A stretch of 57,972 nt of DNA, the filler included, from Diploschistes diacapsis (taxonomy: Eukaryota): NCBI GenBank assembly GCA_023645945.1. It is 4 parts of 4 records of this genome, joined end to end, with 100 filler letters (N's around TTAATTAATTAA, not from the genome) between each part and the next. Parts side by side here need not be neighbours in the genome. Positions count along the whole stretch, not along the records: positions 31,937 to 40,561 come from JALAIB010001123.1; positions 40,662 to 49,282 come from JALAIB010001124.1; positions 49,383 to 57,972 come from JALAIB010001125.1; 1 more part is not named here. The stretch is one strand, 5' to 3'. The position numbers and the translations under genes were made by a program. The notes beneath the pieces are model-generated. The model was not told the origin of the DNA and ran no database searches. It saw nothing but the letters and a program-made list of their open reading frames with translations. This document shows positions 36,762-49,904 of the stretch, piece by piece (the stretch's first letter is position 1; each line of letters opens with the position of its first letter).

Positions 36762-38360
36762 CTTCTCGGATTTTGTTGTCTGAAATGCGCACCTTGGCGA
36801 AGCTGCTACAGATTAGCAAGTTTCCAAGCTTACTATCTCATTCCTCGCATAGAGCCGCGACCGCAAGAGCATATAGCTCGCGATCGCAGTCCATGCGAAG
36901 ATCGCTGAACCTCGTGCATGAGGCTCGCACAGAGACGACTCGAGATGAAGCATTAACAGGAGGGGACCTCACCAACTTTAGACGCCTTTATTGTAGGCGC
37001 ACGGCGATGGAAAAACTTGGACGTCTGGAGAGACTGTTTGTCCTTTGGTTAGCGCCACGAGCTTTTCCGGCAAAGCAGAGGTTTGTAAGCAGTGCCACGT
37101 GACAGGCATACGTGACTTTGACACAGCTCCGATTCGGGCCGTTTTGTCACTCACTGCCTACAACCGGCATGGTGCCGGTCGGTAGGGTTTTGGGACCCCT
37201 AAGTTTCAACTCAGTGACCTTTAAGCTACCCCGTCCGTTGGCTGGACGCTCTTGCCATTGTCGTCTTCGCGTTTGATCTGCACGGTCAAGTTTTCCTCTT
37301 AACGTGCGATCTGACTGAAGCGTTCTTTTGCTTATCGTACTTGAAGTGGAAGTTTACCCCTTTATGAAAGGCGAGCTTCGGATAAAGCACGCACGCCGCT
37401 TTGTGAGTGATAAATGTTGCTGTTGCAGTTGACTCCAATTCTCGCAGAACGAGAGAAAGAGGGAAGTAGCAGTGATGGCACTATGGGGGGTGGTTATGGG
37501 AGAGAGAAGAAAAAGTCGCAGCTGGGAAAGCTGAAGAAACAGATATACTGCCGGCGCTGACGAAGCGGTATTGCCGGCGCTGACGAACCGCACAACAGTC
37601 TCCGGGGGCGAGCAGACCACCGGGATCGCCACCGACATACAAATAACACAGAGCGACACACATTTTACGGGGGGACTCCGTGGGCACTGAACGTGGGAGA
37701 GCAGCAGGGGTCGTCGCTAGCTTCACACGAGCCGGGACATCGGGGCCGCCTGAGATTCAGCGACAGCCTCTGCTGCTCAGCACAAGTCAATGTCCTCGTT
37801 GGTAGGAATGCAAGATCTTGTGTGATTTAGATTCGTGTATCAAGAGCTATGTATGGTTGTCTAACGAGTTATGCGACAGGTGTGCTGGCCTTGTGTCTAC
37901 ATGAAACCTGAGGGGCAGGGAATGAACAGGTTATGACTACTGCAAGGCTTTCTCGATAGTGAACATCTACGACCAAGACCGAGCGTGTTGTGGAACCGGT
38001 GTAGAATACTACAGAGAAAATCATGAAACCAATCGGGCTTGCTTGTAGTAAGCGCAATGGGAAAGTTTTTGCCGGGGGAACGGGTGTGGGGTAGCGATGA
38101 TAGTTACAGATGTATCAATATGTGAGAGGTTTGGTGTATAGGAAAGCGGCCATGTTAAAAAAAAAGAACGGATTCAAAAGACCAGATTTTCATCTACCCA
38201 AAACATGGGGAAAGGTGGATTATCATTACGCTAACGAAGCGGGTATTGATTATGCGAAAAGGCTTTCCAACGCGCTTGTCACGCAAGTCCAATAAAGCGG
38301 TGTAGAATATCCACGGAAATATCTTGGGCAAAGTTAGTACAACAATGGCCAATGAGTCCA

Positions 38361-40486
38361 TCATGACTTGACAACGGCGCTCATCCTCCTCTGATCTGTA
38401 ACGCCCTGATCAAATTTGTAGAGTGGCTCGAGCACGGCGTCCTTCTTGAAGAATACATAACGCTGAATGTACCATGGCAGCCACTTTGTGTACTGGTACT
38501 TGATGAAGGTGCGCGTGGGGACGGCGAAGATGTAGTCCAATTCCTCCAGGGTTCGCTGCTTTGTCTCGGGGACAAAATGGAAGATCAAGACGAAGGCGAG
38601 CACGTTCAATGCAGCGTAGAAACCGAACGTGCCCACGGTCGTGAATGTTTGCAGCATGGCCGGGAGAGAGATGGAAAGGATGGCAGCGTAGAAGAGGCAA
38701 GTGGCAACAGCCCATGACATACCGACCTCACGGTGAGATAGGGGGAAGACTTCGGCGGAATAGGTAAACGGTACAGGGCCTTCGCCGGGAGAGTAGAAGG
38801 CGGCGAAAATGTACACGAATAGCGCAACGGTGCCGATGAGGGCGGGGTTGGCGTTCGGCGGGGCGGCCGTCGGTATAAAGTTGCAAAATCCGGCAGCGAG
38901 CAATGTCCAAGCCATGTTGGGGAAGGTGAAGAGCAGAAGCGAACGACGACCGAAGGTATCGATTGTCCACACAGCGGGCCAAGCGAAGACGAAGTTGACG
39001 AGCCCAAAGCCCCAAGAAGCAAGAAGAGATTGCTGCACACCGAAGCCGGCGTTCTGGAAGATGGTGGAGCTGTAGAAAGCGATGATGTTGATACCACACA
39101 TCTGCTGAGCAATCATGACAGTCCATGACGCGAGAGTTGCACGGCGAACTCGAGGAATTGTGAAGAGCTCCATAAATCGAGTCAAGTAGTTGGACTGTCC
39201 AATGATAGCGCGCTCCTCTTCGAGCTGAGCATGCACGTAATAAAGGTCACGAGCAGCCTGCAGAGGGGTGTTACGCAGGCGGAGAAGGGACCGGAACGCA
39301 TCCTTGTACCTGTTCTTTTTGATGTACCAGCGGGGGGATTCCGGGCAGAAATAGACGCCAATCACAAGCGGAACTGCCGGGATGAAGGCAGAACCGAGCT
39401 GCAGACGCCAGGAAATATCGCCAGTGTTGGCCACGGCCAGGTTAGCGCAGAAGCCTAGGAAGATGCCAAAGGCTGTCCACATTTGCCAGCTCATGACAAG
39501 ACCACCACGAATGACAGCAGGGACGTTTTCGGCAGCATAGATGGGAACAACAGAGGCCTTGGCACCCATTCCAATACCGAGGAGAAGACGGGTGATGAAC
39601 AGCTGTTGCCAGTTCTGGGTGAATGCGGAGCCGATGACGGAAAGAAGACAGAAGACGGCGGAAAAGAAGATGGTTCCACGACGACCAAAGAAGTTGTTGA
39701 GCGGGTCGGAGAGCCAGCAGCCCCTTTGACAGTATTAGCCTTGGATCTCGAGAACTTCCCCCGAAGCCGAGCGGGCCACTTACAGTCCAGCGGAAGCTAT
39801 GTAAGGCCCAGAATTGACGACTCCGACGACCCACTGAGCCCATTGACTCGAGCCTGCGCCATCGGACACACCAAAGGCATCGGGCCACGAAAGGTTCGCA
39901 CCGTTCGATCCAGTTTGGTCCCAACCCTGCACAGCCGCGCCGATGGAGCACAGAATGACTGTAAAGTAAAGAGCGAAGGGTTGACGCCACTTGTGGAGAA
40001 CCTCATTGCGGAGAGCCTCGCGCTCGTGCTCCTCGAGTTCTGAAATCTGCTCGAAAGAAGTAGGGTCCTGAGCGACGAGGGCACCTCTCTGCAAAAGAGG
40101 GATCTGATCGGTCATGCCGCAACCGTTGGCGAATTCCTCAACATTCCTGAGCAGGGTCTCGCGCGGAATGCCGGCAAGCGGGTTCTGGATACTATGGATA
40201 GCGGTTAGCGGTTAACGGTTAACGGTACAAGGCGTTGCCCGGCGCGGTGAAAAAGCCTCGTGCTTACCGAGCAGTAACGTTTCGGTTCAGATTGACAGAG
40301 CCATTACGGCCCTGTTCCTCAACATGCTTGGATTCGTATCTGAGATGCGAATTAGCGTGCATGATTACAACAGACGTGCGAGCGAAATGCGCATTATAGT
40401 TAAACCAAGTGTGAATCTTACTCTTCGTGATTGGAAGACTTGTCGATCGGGGCCTTGTGGTCGAATTCGGAACCAACGTCGGCCAT
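38361..40486 (-). CDS. MFS sugar porter, polyol/H+ symporter clade (LatA/Syl1-like)
   Basis: [93 protein letters not shown] at 40486, three introns. Confidence 0.9.
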
Positions 40487-40561
40487 GATCGAGTTTGTTT
40501 GCCTGTGTGTCTTGGTAGAGCAATGGAAAGACAAGAGAAGGAAAAGGAGTATGGGTGGGGG

Positions 40562-40661
40562 NNNNNNNNNNNNNNNNNNNNNNNNNNNNNNNNNNNNNNN
40601 NNNNNTTAATTAATTAANNNNNNNNNNNNNNNNNNNNNNNNNNNNNNNNNNNNNNNNNNNN
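40562..40661. other. Assembly linker (N44-TTAATTAATTAA-N44)
   Basis: Same spacer as at 31837. Confidence 0.98.
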
Positions 40662-41039
40662 GGATGGACCGGAATGGATTGGAATGGGAGAGGTGAGACT
40701 GGACGAGAGCGGGCTCTATGGATTGGATGGGATGGGGTGAGGGGGAGCTCGTGGCTCAGGCTGCCCGGTCGTGCTCTGGCGACGGAAGGGGAAGAGGCGG
40801 GCAGAGGATGATGATGATGGTAATGATCCATGATGGGAGAGCGAGGACGTTACGTTGGTGGATTTAAAGCTTCGGACGGACAGTAGTGCATATGGGACCT
40901 GACAATAATGTTTATTCAGAAGCACGAGGCGGAATATCTTACAAAAAACAACGCCAGACCCGCCCGCCCATACTGTGCTCGACGGCCCCGCATGCTATGC
41001 TCGACGCCCCCGCACATCCCATGCCCGAGAACCCACCCC

Positions 41040-42398
41040 TCACTCAAACTCCCGGCTCTCGCCAACATCGCACACGTCGAACACGCCCGTCTCCGCAATC
41101 CCCTTCTCCTTCAGCGCAGCCTTCAACCGCTCCGCCGGCTCCAACGGATTCTCCTCCGTAAGCACCCACGTCCCCCAATGGATGCCCATGGCCCTCTTGC
41201 ACCTCGTGTCCCGAAAGATATTGACCGCGTCCTGCGGATTCGCGTGCATGGGCGACATGACCCACCGCGGCATGTACGCGCCTATGGGGATCAGGCCTAG
41301 GTCGAAGGGGCCGCGGTGCTGGCCGATCTCGGCGAAAGCCGGGCAGTGCGGGTAGTCGTACCCTTCGCCGTAGTCGTCGACGTCGTCGGGCAGGTACTCG
41401 AGGACGCTGCGGTAGCCCGTGTCGCCGCCGAAGTAGACGCGCTTGCCGCCGCTCTCGACGCTCCAGCTCGACCAGAGGGTGTGGCATTTGTCGAACGGGG
41501 TCCGGGCGGACATGTGCTGGCACGGCAGGCAGCCGATTTTGCCGAGGATGGATTCTGAGGAGGTTGCTGATGAGTTCGAGTCGCTGCTTTTGATTTGGGT
41601 ATTGCCCTCGGGCGAGATCCTGATGTCCCGTTCTTCCCACCAGTCGAGCTCGGTTACCTGGTTTGCTTTGATTCCCCAGCTGACGAACAAGTCCTTGTTT
41701 CTTAATGGGACGAAGAAATGTACGTTCGGATGTCGCTTGAGTATTCTCATGATGGTCGGATGATCCATATGGTCGTAGTGTGAATGACTTATGCAGACCG
41801 CATCCACGATGGGCATGTCTTCTATTTGGCACGGAACTTCAGTGTAGCGGGCCGGTCCCAGCCATTGGAACGGACTACACCGGTGGCTGAAGACTGGGTC
41901 GAACAGGACTCGGAGTCCGCTGGAGAACTCGACGAAATAGCTGGCGTGACCCAGCCATGTTGCCCTCAACGGAGCCGAGCCTTCCCCTCGCGATGCAAGA
42001 AACTCGGGCTTCCTCACAGGCACTGTTGGGGGCTTCGTATCAGGTTGGTTGCTTCTGCCCGTCAATCGTCTCCTATGGAAAGTTCAGCTTAGCGGTATGC
42101 CACACCAAGGGGAGAGCACCAACCAGACCATCGTCCCTATTATACTGGGAGCAGCTTGCTCGCGCCACGAATCCCACGGGTTCCGGAAGCCTTTGCCATT
42201 CTTCAGATGATGGCTCTTGTCTCGCGCGTTCTCCGGCTGCGCTCCTGTAATGGAAGGCATCGAGACCGAAGCCAGATAGAGCGTTGAGGAAGTTGCAGAG
42301 CCCGACATTTTGGCCGACGTATGGAACTTCTGACGAAAAGTCGTGCTGTGCCTGCGCTTTCGTATTACGAAATAGATCCGGGAGAAGAACGATCGCAT
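41040..42398 (-). CDS. FMP30: N-acyl-phosphatidylethanolamine phospholipase D (metallo-beta-lactamase fold)
   Basis: GFRNPWDSW, TWLGHAS, DPVFSHRCSP, ISHSHYDHMD, TELDWW, YFGGDTGY, IPIGAY, GIHWGTW; one intron ~42128-42075; alternative ATGs at 42398 and 42308. Confidence 0.9.
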
Positions 42399-42794
42399 TG
42401 CAGGAGCTTTATAGGCTGCAGTTGATTGAAAGCACTGTCTAGGCTGCCCAGAGGCTGCATCGAAGTTAATATCTGTCGACCTTACGAGCCTAACGCATTC
42501 CGAGCCCGAAGTCCGTAGATTTCGGTCCTATGAAGCTCTGCAAATGACGCTCTCGACTCCCCCAAAAGATTGGAGTCGGTACAGATTTCCGCCGAGAACG
42601 GACGTTGGATACTTGGCAGAACGTTTTAAAGTGGTGTATAATTAAATAGAAACAAATGGGGTAAAACATTAAGTCCGACTCCGATAACTTTAGTCTAGCC
42701 ATGACTTATTTCTGCATTGTTGTTTCAATCTTATGGGGTTTTGTGGTCTTGATTCATGATCCTGGATAATATCCTACCCTGAGGGGGGCTTGGA

Positions 42795-44383
42795 ATGGCC
42801 AGTAATGGGGAGGTGCCCTCTTTCCCTTTAGCCAACGAGGCTGGCAGTCAGCAAGCAAAATTCGGAGCGCTGCAAAAGTCAATTCAGAATAATTCGTCTG
42901 AAAAAGGGCTTATTACCCAGCTTACTGAAAATCCTTTCTTCACCGCGGTATGTGGACACTCAAGACACTAAGAAACAATATTTATTGATTCTAGGGGTTT
43001 GGGCTTGCTGGCCTCGGTGCCGCTGTCGCATTTACCCAAAAAGGCGTTCGCCATGGCGCTTCGCTTCTCAAGCGGCGGTTGCTCATCGATGTGGAAATCA
43101 ACGTCAAGGACGAGTCTTACCAATGGTTTCTCTACTGGATGACTGTACATCAGCGTGCCCAACTCCCGAGTCCTACTATTGCCGGTGGTCAATCTTCTTT
43201 ACCAGCCAGTGGATGGTTCAACTCGGTTCTGCGCCGGCTCACACCTGGCATGCGTCACCTCTCTATAGAGACCGAAAAGACAAATCTACCCAATGGAACA
43301 GTGCGAACAAGCTTTGCTCTGATTCCAGGTCCTGGGCGGCATTTTCTTCGTTTCAAAAATGCCTTCATCATGGTAGAGCGGACCAGGGAGACCAAAGCTG
43401 TAGACTTCCGGGAAGGTCGGCCGTGGGAGACGGTGACGCTTACCACTCTCTATGCGCACCGTCATATCTTCGAGGACATTTTCCTCGAGGCTCACCGGCT
43501 CGCTCAGCAAGCAACGGAAGGGAAGCTAATTGTTTTCCAGCCTGTCAGCACGCGGTGGGAGCAGTTTGGAGAGCCTCGTAGGAAAAGGGGAATCGAATCC
43601 GTCATTTTGGATAAAGGTATCAAGGAGAAGATCATTCAGGATGTCAAAGATTTCCTAGACAGTGCCAGATGGTATTACGATCGGGGCATTCCCTATCGAC
43701 GAGGCTATCTACTCCATGGGCCTCCAGGCAGCGGCAAAACGTCCTTTATCCAGGCTCTTGCGGGCGACTTGGATTATAACATCGCTATGCTCAACCTTAG
43801 TCAGAGGGGACTAACGGATGATCGTTTGCAGCATCTGTTGAGCGTGATACCTCAACGAACAATCGTACTTCTCGAGGATGCCGACGCAGCTTTTGCCAAT
43901 CGACGAACTCAAACCGACGCTGACGGATATGGAGGAGCGAACGTCACCTTTTCAGGTCTCCTGAATGCGCTAGATGGCGTTGCCAGTTCCGAGGAGCGGC
44001 TCCTCTTCCTAACCACGAACCATGTGGAGCGCATGGATGCAGCCTTGATCCGTCCAGGACGAATTGATATGACAGTCCGACTTGGTGATGCGACACGCTG
44101 GCAAGTGGAGCAATTCTGGGATCGCTTCTACGGAGAGCTGGATCCTCAAGAGGAATGGAAGGGCAAATTTCTTATGAGGCTCGAAGAGCTCGATATCATC
44201 GAAGGTCCTGCTGGTGACGCTCCCCAGCCAAGGTTTCCGGTCAGCACCGCGGCCCTACAAGGCCTCTTTTTGTATAACAAGGGTGACGTTGAGGGGGCGG
44301 TGACCATGGCAGAAGGTCTACTGCCGGACTTTGCGCGCTTCAAAGATGTGGGTGGAGCATATGCATCCACGAATGGAGGTTAA
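42795..44383 (+). CDS. BCS1: Mitochondrial AAA chaperone BCS1
   Basis: ENPFFTA|GFGLAGLG, LIPGPGRH, WYYDRGIPYRRGYLLHGPPGSGKTS, LLEDAD, VTFSGLLNALDG, ALIRPGRID; intron ~42948-42994. Confidence 0.96.
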
Positions 44384-45747
44384 GGCGCCCTTTAACACAT
44401 CTTTGGCAGCTGTCAAAGCACAGGGCTAAGTTCAGGCTGCTTAAGTGAAGTTGAGCTTACCATAGGCTATTCCGGATCGTCCGACCAAATAACTCGAGCA
44501 TTCTCACTTGTTGAATATAGCACAGTGATTAAAGCAAGGATTTGGTTCCGCTGTGACCACCCCCCATCCTTGGCTGCTAGGGTTTTCTATCCGCCGTCTT
44601 TAAAATACTCTCTAGAGCTGCACAAAGCACTGTCAAAAATGATTCGTCAAGGAAGCTGTTCAGCATGCGCTGCCATTTTGCTGAAGCAGCGCACCAGTAG
44701 GCTTTGTTATACTCAACTATGCAAATCATAAAAGGACACACCAAGCACCCACACAGTTCTTTCGCAACCGAGCCTCTCTCAGGAACATGGCACATACAGC
44801 ACGGACGGTCGAAGTGTGAAGCGGCGCATAACTCATAACACCAACTGGAAGAGCATACTTGGTCTAGGCAAGACTGGGGGCTGACGCAGAGCGTCATTCA
44901 AAGCGCTCCCAAGAAGCTCCAAAAAGCAGCAGTTCTCATGTTTGCAATCTGGCATACAACAAACGCATGACTTGACTTGGGCGGTCTAGGTGATCCAAAC
45001 ACATGCCCTGCTCCTCAAAGTATGGATGATGTACACATATCTCATTAGTCAAGACTTAAAGTTTCCTCCACCGCTGATGGGCCTGGGCAAGCTCCACGTC
45101 CATCATGTGCTGCACGCCCATTCTATAGCTGCATGCTCAAACGAGCAAGCTACAATGTTAAGGGTTAGTCACACAAAAGCCCAGCCATCAGTCGAAGCTC
45201 AGGGACTTCCTTCCTCAGGTCCGTGCACATTTTGGCTCATGTTGGCGCAAGCTAACAATGTCCCGGCCTGCAAGGGTCATCCTGCGCTGAGGATTGCCTC
45301 TCGGAGCATTGTTCCTGAAAGCGGTGGGAAATTCCGATGGCTTTGAACAAATAGCAAACACAAAGAGGAGGACTTACCAGTGCCATTGCATCATGACAGT
45401 TTTTTTTGCAACTCGACTTTGGGGTGTTCCCCCCCGCATGAAAAGCTTGGGTTAAAAAAGCATGGACGAATACATTTGTCCCGGTAGACGCCAGATTTCT
45501 AGCATTAGTGGCAGTTTGAAAAGCCATTGTGGTGCAAACAAGAATCATTATGATGATAAGGATTTTCTTCCTGCGACCCTGCTGCGGACAAGGTTGATCA
45601 GCAGTACTTAGCGAAGGCGAACATCTTGCCTGCTTTGGTCTAGTATGGATGACATTCGGCAATGCCGGTCACCCTCGACTTTTCGTGCTGTCACACCAGG
45701 TTTCATTGTGCGCCTTTGCTTCACCGATTGTTGCAGCCATTTATCGT

Positions 45748-45748
<1 letters not shown>

Positions 45749-45784
<36 letters not shown>

Positions 45785-45787
45785 TGT
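45749..45787. repeat. (GCT)n microsatellite
   Basis: About 11-12 GCT units in intergenic DNA. Confidence 0.95.
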
Positions 45788-46775
45788 CGCTACAAAAGCG
45801 GTGACCTTCTACAAGTTCCACAGCAGAGTGGAGCTTGCTCTGTATAATTGCGACTCTTGATTCAAAACTCCCAAGGGACTGGGTTAAATGCCCAAAAGGG
45901 GCTGGCCCACAGCCGCCCAGGGAAGTGCCAGCTCCAGGTCCAAGCTCTATCCTGCCGACAACTTTCTCTTGTACCAACAACGCCGTGTCCATACACGTGG
46001 ATCAGGTTTAGAATTACCACCAGTGCCATGGTCATTTACAATCATGCTGCTTACAAGTCACCAAAAAGGGCTGTGATGGCTGTCTTATATCTTAGGCAAT
46101 AAATACGCGACTTGATGTCGCTTTGTGGTTACCATTGTCCCAGCTGGAGATCCCAACACTGGCTGCATGCCGCATGGCATTTGAACAATTATCATTACTG
46201 CTTGTCACGACTCACGATATTAGGGACTGGTGGAATTTCTAACTGGAAGCTTTGCTGCAATACAAGATGATAGTTTTATGTCCAGTCTGCTTGGCGTGGC
46301 GTACGAAAGAATAGCTCTTATTCTCCAATTCCGCATTCTTTCGCACTCTACTGCACTCTACTATCATTGTCATTGCTACTGCAACCTCTTCATCCTCTTG
46401 AGAAATCAGTGAGTTTTGTGTCGCGCTTCTGCCTTGCGTGCCATCGCCTGGCTGCCTTCGATACGTTGTATTTTTCGTTGATCTTCAGAGCGGGGGGCCA
46501 CATCATCCACCAACCATAGATTCAGCTGTCATTCCGCTAGCCATCTCCTTCCCCTGCCCAGCTGCCTGTCTGGGATCTCAAACTAGTTGCCACAACTCAC
46601 GAGACGGCCCTTGCCACGGCTGCTTACCTACTTCACCTTTTCGGCCCCACTTGGCCCTGCTGGCCCTCCTCTCCTTCTCCTTCTGCTGGTTTCAGGGCTG
46701 CTCCAGTGTGTGCTTTCCCCAGATTCTCGAGGAGAAAGAGGTGAAGCAAGGCGCGATTGCGCCGACGCTGTCGAG

Positions 46776-48703
46776 ATGAAGGTTTTGTACAACATCTACG
46801 CAATTTGTGGTTTCGCCGCCATCGGTAGGTCTCCTGACACGGATCCGCTCCGCTGGGTCTGCAGGGCTACGCTAAATGTCAGGCGCAGGCGGAGGTCTGT
46901 TTGGCTTTGATATATCGTCAATGTCCGGAGTCTTGGGGACGAGCGCATATATAGATTACTTTGGGGTCCAGGGCAATTATGGCCAGGGAGGAATCACATC
47001 TGCCATGCCCTTTGGATCGCTCGTCGGCGCTCTCTGCTCGTCTTTCATCGCCGACAAGTACTCGCGGAAATACGCCATCCAGATCGCTTCCATCTTCTGG
47101 ATTGTCGGCTCCGTGTAGGTTGAACAATCGAGGGAATGTGATTGGGACTGACGAATGTCAAGTTTGATGTGTGCCGCGAATGGCATTGCGCTTTTGGTAG
47201 TTGGTCGCTTCGTCGCCGGAATTTGCGTCGGAATCGCATCGTCAGTCGTTCCCGTCTACCAGGCCGAGATGGCTCCGAAGGAAATTCGAGGGCGCGTTGT
47301 GTCGCTGCAGCAATGGGCCATCACTTGGGGCATTTTGATACAGTATTTCGTTCAATACGGTGCCTCATTCACCGGAGGCGGGGCGGACAATCTCTCCCAG
47401 GGTCCGGCTGCTTTTCGTATTCCTTGGGCGGTGCAGATCGTACCGGCCGTGATATTGCTCGTCGGCATGACCTTCCTTCCCCAGTCCCCGCGTTGGCTTG
47501 CTACCAAGGACCGGTGGGAAGAGTCCATCAAAGTTCTTGCGAACCTGCATGGCAAAGGCGACGTCAATCACCCCAAAGTATTGGCCGAATATCAAGAGAT
47601 CGAGGAGGCTCTGCGCTTCGAGCGCGAGGAAGCCAAGAGCGACTTTAGGTACGTTCTGTCGCGGTATGCAGATGCTGTCCCGGTTACTAATCCTCAGCCC
47701 TCAGAACCCTTATAGAACCTAGAATCTTGAAGCGCGTTGTTCTTGGCATGTCGATCCAGATGTGGTCGCAACTGAGCGGAATGAACGTCATGTAAGCAGG
47801 AGCCAAGCTCACACACACACACACACACACATACACGCACGACGTCTTGGTTCTTTGCTAACATGTCGTTGTCGAAGGATGTACTACATTGTCTACGTTA
47901 TGGAGGCTGCTAGTATCGGTTCACCGTTGTTGACCGCTTCAATACAGTACATCCTGAACGTCGCGCTCACGCTTCCTGCCATCTTTTTCATGGACAAGTG
48001 GGGTCGTCGGCCTACGCTGTTGCTCGGGTCATTCGTCATGATGTCGTTGCTTATCATCGTCGGTGCGCTCGAAGCGGTTTACGGCCAGCCTTTCCACGCC
48101 GATTCGGGCCCACTCTCTGCTCTATCGTGGATTCTGCCAGGGACGAATCCAAATGTGTCAAGAGCTATCGTTGCGCTATCATACCTCTTTGTGTGCACGT
48201 TCTCCACAACGTGGGGTCCGACGAGCTGGACATATCCGTCCGAGATATTCCCCTCCCAAGTACGCGCCAAGGCGGTGTCGCTCGCGACAGCGTCCAATTG
48301 GTCATGGAACTGTGCCCTTGCATTTGCGGTGCCCCCACTTTTGTGGAATATCTCATGGAAGATGTATATACTGTTCGCGGCATTCAATGGCGCAGCATTC
48401 GTCCACATGTTCCTGGCCGCCCCTGAGACCAAAGGCAAGAGTCTTGAAGAAATGGACGACGTGTTCGACAGCGGGCGACCGCCGTGGAAGGGTGTGATCA
48501 GAGGCAGTAGGCTTGATGTCCTGCAGAAAGAGATCGCGGATGGCAATCTCAAGGTAGGTGCCAACCAAGCTCCCATCTTCAAAGTTGCATGCGCGAGACT
48601 AGGTGTAGCTGACACCTTTCGCCAGATTGCTGGCCCTCCATGGGGCCGTGACGAAGATGAACCACGATTTTCCCACTCGGATAAGTCCGCCAACACAGTA
48701 TAG
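46776..48703 (+). CDS. MFS high-affinity hexose transporter (HGT1/HGT2-like)
   Basis: YNIYAICGFAAIGGGLFGFDISSMS, VPVYQAEMAP, QQWAITWGILIQY, QMWSQLSGMNVMMYY, TWGPTSWTYPSEIFP, PETKGKSLEEMD; about five introns. Confidence 0.92.
47810..47838. repeat. (CA)n microsatellite in an intron of the hexose transporter
   Basis: cacacacac... run between the GTAAGC donor (~47792) and the AAG acceptor (~47877). Confidence 0.9.
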
Positions 48704-49282
48704 GCGAACGGCAGAAGTTTGCAAGCTCCTTAGCTGCATCTGCCAGGCCCACTGTCGCCCCTGATGCGTTCACGATTGCGAGACACTACGCGTTTTTTAT
48801 TTGATTGACTTTTGAGATACCCCGTTGAGATACCCCGCGGGGCATTGGCTATTTCGAGCAACTGCATTTGGTTCTCGAGAAGAAAGAGAATCGTTGGGTG
48901 GGGGGAGTATATATATTTAAGCGGAGACAAACTGGGGCAAGCCCAGCTCGGGGGATCCACGGGCCCTCCCTGCCTGCCTACTACTACTCCAACATACACC
49001 TATCGCATTACCTTGCCCACTTCCATCTTGCTTCAACCCAAAGGTGATCACCCCTCGCATACTTCAACGGGTGGCGCTCGAGGATTGTGGAAGCGTACAT
49101 AGTAGCACAGGCCAAACTGCCCGGCAGCGACTCGATGGCTAACTCAATGGGCATAAGGCATCGCGACAATGAGGTGGGGAGGCGTTCTGGGCAGAGGCTC
49201 TCTCACGTGCAGAGCAAAAGGGTTTCGTTGGATCCGGTTGTTGAGGGGCAGAGTGGGACCTGAGGCTATTTATTTGTGGGGG

Positions 49283-49382
49283 NNNNNNNNNNNNNNNNNN
49301 NNNNNNNNNNNNNNNNNNNNNNNNNNTTAATTAATTAANNNNNNNNNNNNNNNNNNNNNNNNNNNNNNNNNNNNNNNNNNNN
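49283..49382. other. Assembly linker (N44-TTAATTAATTAA-N44)
   Basis: Same spacer as at 31837. Confidence 0.98.
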
Positions 49383-49904
49383 GAGCTGGGCAGGGATTGA
49401 GAGGGTGGTATTGGGGTTGAGTAGTGTGGAGGGAGGGGAGTGTGGAATGGGATGGGATGGAGAACGGACGTACAGTTTGGCAAAGGCGCCATTGAGGGCG
49501 GCGAATGCGCCGGACGCCAGGGCGAGAAAGAGCCATGAGGGCCGTGGTTTGGCCTCGGGGACTTCCATCCTCTTTTCCTGCGGCGGGGAGGACAGCAGGG
49601 CGTGAGGCCCTGTGGAGTATGTCCTCGATTCCGCACCTTTGTTTCTTTGCCTGAGCTCCACCTTTTGTGATTTTGGTGTGAATGGGTCGGACGATGAGGA
49701 AGATGGGAAGTGTTGTCGCGGTGCAGTCAAGATGGCAATGTTGGTATTTCCAGTGGAACGCAAAGTGGAAGAATTCAGCGCCCGTGCATTATTGACATTA
49801 TTGTCCACCTTTTCCGGGGAGGAGGTAGACGAAGGAGAGCCCAGAACCAAGCCATGGCGGCCATTGTTGGTAGAAGACCAATGCGTGGCCGATTCATTGG
49901 CCAT
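49383..49904 (-). CDS. TMEM42/EamA-like membrane protein, 3' part lost in the gap
   Basis: WLFLALASGAFAALNGAFAKL followed by a GTACGT donor at ~49472. The rest is truncated by the linker. Confidence 0.8.

Noticed and set aside
44400..46700. Several 60-136 aa ORFs, including poly-Ala/Cys/Ser frames
   Set aside because: Artefacts of the (GCT)n microsatellite and the long transporter promoter; no coding signature.
38361..48703. Two sugar transporters within 10 kb as one cluster
   Set aside because: They are separated by a contig linker and by unrelated FMP30/BCS1 genes, and belong to different transporter clades.
31837..49382. Three identical TTAATTAATTAA palindromes within N runs
   Set aside because: Artificial scaffolding linker with six-frame stops, not a biological repeat. 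Gene adjacency across the linkers is unverified.
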